From the NCBI RefSeq assembly GCF_001194135.2, contig NC_068994.1:57637297-57671551 (forward strand): DNA of 34,255 nt, written 5' to 3'. The stretch comes from Octopus bimaculoides (Eukaryota). Of this stretch, positions 32,436 to 34,255 are shown one piece after another. How positions within the stretch are numbered: position 1 is the stretch's first letter; every line of letters starts with the position of its first letter. Both the position numbers and the translations under genes were made by a program. The notes under the pieces were generated by a model that did not search any database, was not told the origin of the DNA, and worked only from the letters and a program-made list of their open reading frames with translations.

Positions 32436-32770
32436 CAGAGGTTCTTGATCATTTTCATCAATGGATCGATCCCTTTTGATGACTATTTTATTCTGATGGA
32501 CCCCCATAGCGATTCGATCTTTAAAAACTAGTTTTATAGAAACTTCTTTCAAAATTCCTGTTTTGTTGGTTGAACAATGTAAAATGTTAGAGAAAGAAAC
32601 CCAGCTGTTTCTTGCCCTACAAAGCAAAAAATACATCTGAAGCAGAACTTTTTCGGGGATCCTTACAATACAAGTATGAATCTCCTTTTTTATTATTTTG
32701 CTGCATTGACTCCCCCAGAAATCTTATATGGACCCACAAGAGCCATATGATCTCCGGCTGAGAAGCCCTA
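32436..32770. mobile_element. hAT-type MITE (335 bp) with 8-bp TSD
   Basis: TTCTAAAA (32428-32435)|cagaggttcttgatc ... ggctgagaagcccta|TTCTAAAA (32771-32778). The TIRs are decayed (8/15 identical; 6 of the 7 differences are transitions). Confidence 0.82.
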
Positions 32771-33519
32771 TTCTAAAAGTACATTCCAGGTGGGGGATCA
32801 TTAAACCACTAGGTACATGAGAGTAGAGTCTATAGTTCTGGTATCACTTAGACTTAGAATGACCTTATTAAGATATTAAGGAGACAGATTATTTGATCCC
32901 TCTTAGTAGTAGAAAAAAAACACCTTAATTAGCCTCGGATGCATTCATCTCATTCACTACTCACAGCGAGGATAATACGATGTCAATTAAAATAAATGGA
33001 CAGATTTCAAAGGAATCGAAAGAAAAAGGAAATAGACATCGTTTCAATTTGGGGAATATACGGCACCGAACCACTTATCCAGTTCCCAGAACTCCAGGAA
33101 TCCTGTGCAATATTCTGTACTCTATATTGAATAAACAAATGTTTTTGAAGTTGGCTGGTTTGGCTCCGATATGTTAGAAATAGTTTTGTTCTTTACGTTC
33201 TAAGTGGATCGGTTCAAATTAAACACACTCTGCTTTAAACTTGTGTTAATCTCTACCCGTATCTGTTAAATAAAATCATGTTTTTTTGCTTTTCTTCGTT
33301 TAATGTTTATCTTGAAAACATTATACATGGCATAGTATGATATGTTTCAAGAATTCCAAGCGGACCCAGCTTTAGAAGTGTACTTATTTGAAGCTGTTGA
33401 GTACAATATCGTTCTATACTTTACCTAGTTTATTTTGTATTTTAATAATATGTGCTTAATCTGTCTCCAAACAACCAGAAGTCCTGTACTCTTTCGGTTC
33501 CAATCTTGCCGGATAATTA

Positions 33520-34110
33520 ATTGCGTATATTTTGGTAAATCTGCAATAGAAATACAAGATTAACCGAATATAACTTGACATATCTAGATATACTAAGTTA
33601 TCAAGTAGTGAAATGGTACAATGGCGGAATAGTAGAATTGAAGAATCGTAGAATAGTGGAATATATAGCTTGGTAAATTTACAGATATCAAGTTGACAAG
33701 CAGCGTAATGGGAGAATAGTAGCATAGAGGAATAATAGAATAAAAGATTAATTGAATGTATCCCTTGGTAGAATATAGTTACCAAGTTATCAAACAATGT
33801 AATATAGGATAGTAGAATAGTGAAACAATAGAATAACAGAATGTATGCTATTCTAAATCTACATTAGATAGTACGAATATGTATGTCTTGATAGATTTAT
33901 AGATACCAAACACCAAGTTATTAAGAAGTGGAATAGCGGATCAGCAGAATATAGACCTTAGTAATTCTACAGACAACAGACATTAAATTGTAGAATTATA
34001 GAATAGTGGAATACAATAATAGCAGAATAAATATGTTGGTGTATCTAGAATTATTAAAAAGTTAAGTAATGGAAAATCAGAATATTGGAACTGAGGAATA
34101 TACCTTACTA
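33520..34110 (+). repeat. Degenerate GAATAGTA/CTTGGTA minisatellite, block 2 (about 70-120-bp units with palindromic cores)
   Basis: Cores at 33571-33600, 33669-33692, 33764-33786, about 33888, about 33957 and about 34035, each followed by (GAATAGTR)-like octamers. Confidence 0.75.
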
Positions 34111-34255
34111 AAACCGTGACACCTCTACACATAACAATTAAGAGAATAGGAGAATATGTATATATATATATATATATGTATACATGTCTCTTAAAGGATA
34201 GAGCTCAAAATCAATGCATTGAAGATACTTTATTGCAGCAACAATTATAATATAT

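Noticed and set aside
33520-34110. CRISPR-like repeat-spacer appearance
   Set aside because: The repeats are highly degenerate, the spacers are themselves octamer repeats, the context is eukaryotic and there are no cas genes.

Overview
This is AT-rich eukaryotic non-coding DNA from a gapped draft assembly (9 N-gaps, most flanked by microsatellite). The repeat content looks like octopus/coleoid cephalopod DNA; that assignment comes from recognition and was not checked against a database. I find no host protein-coding gene, tRNA, rRNA or CRISPR array, and almost all ORFs in the track are microsatellite or N read-through. The window is a mosaic of: compound microsatellites; at least five tRNA-head SINE-like families; decayed non-LTR retrotransposons (five R4/Dong-like RT or RLE-endonuclease remnants, three RTE-clade remnants); a mariner 3' end; a piggyBac-type MITE (TTAA TSD); and a hAT MITE (8-bp TSD). 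Three observations stand out. (1) Two adjacent, sequence-unrelated palindromes (4696-4916 and 5124-5335) each contain a minimal type-I hammerhead ribozyme (palindromic stem III, GUA cleavage triplet) preceded by an antisense copy of its own 3' half, which resembles a Penelope-like inverted pLTR. (2) A ~800-bp TIR element (about 9323-10123) has hairpin-forming termini and carries a SAP-domain ORF start plus a truncated SWIM-finger segment. (3) A degenerate minisatellite is built from palindromic cores plus GAATAGTA spacers (32140-32340 and 33520-34110).
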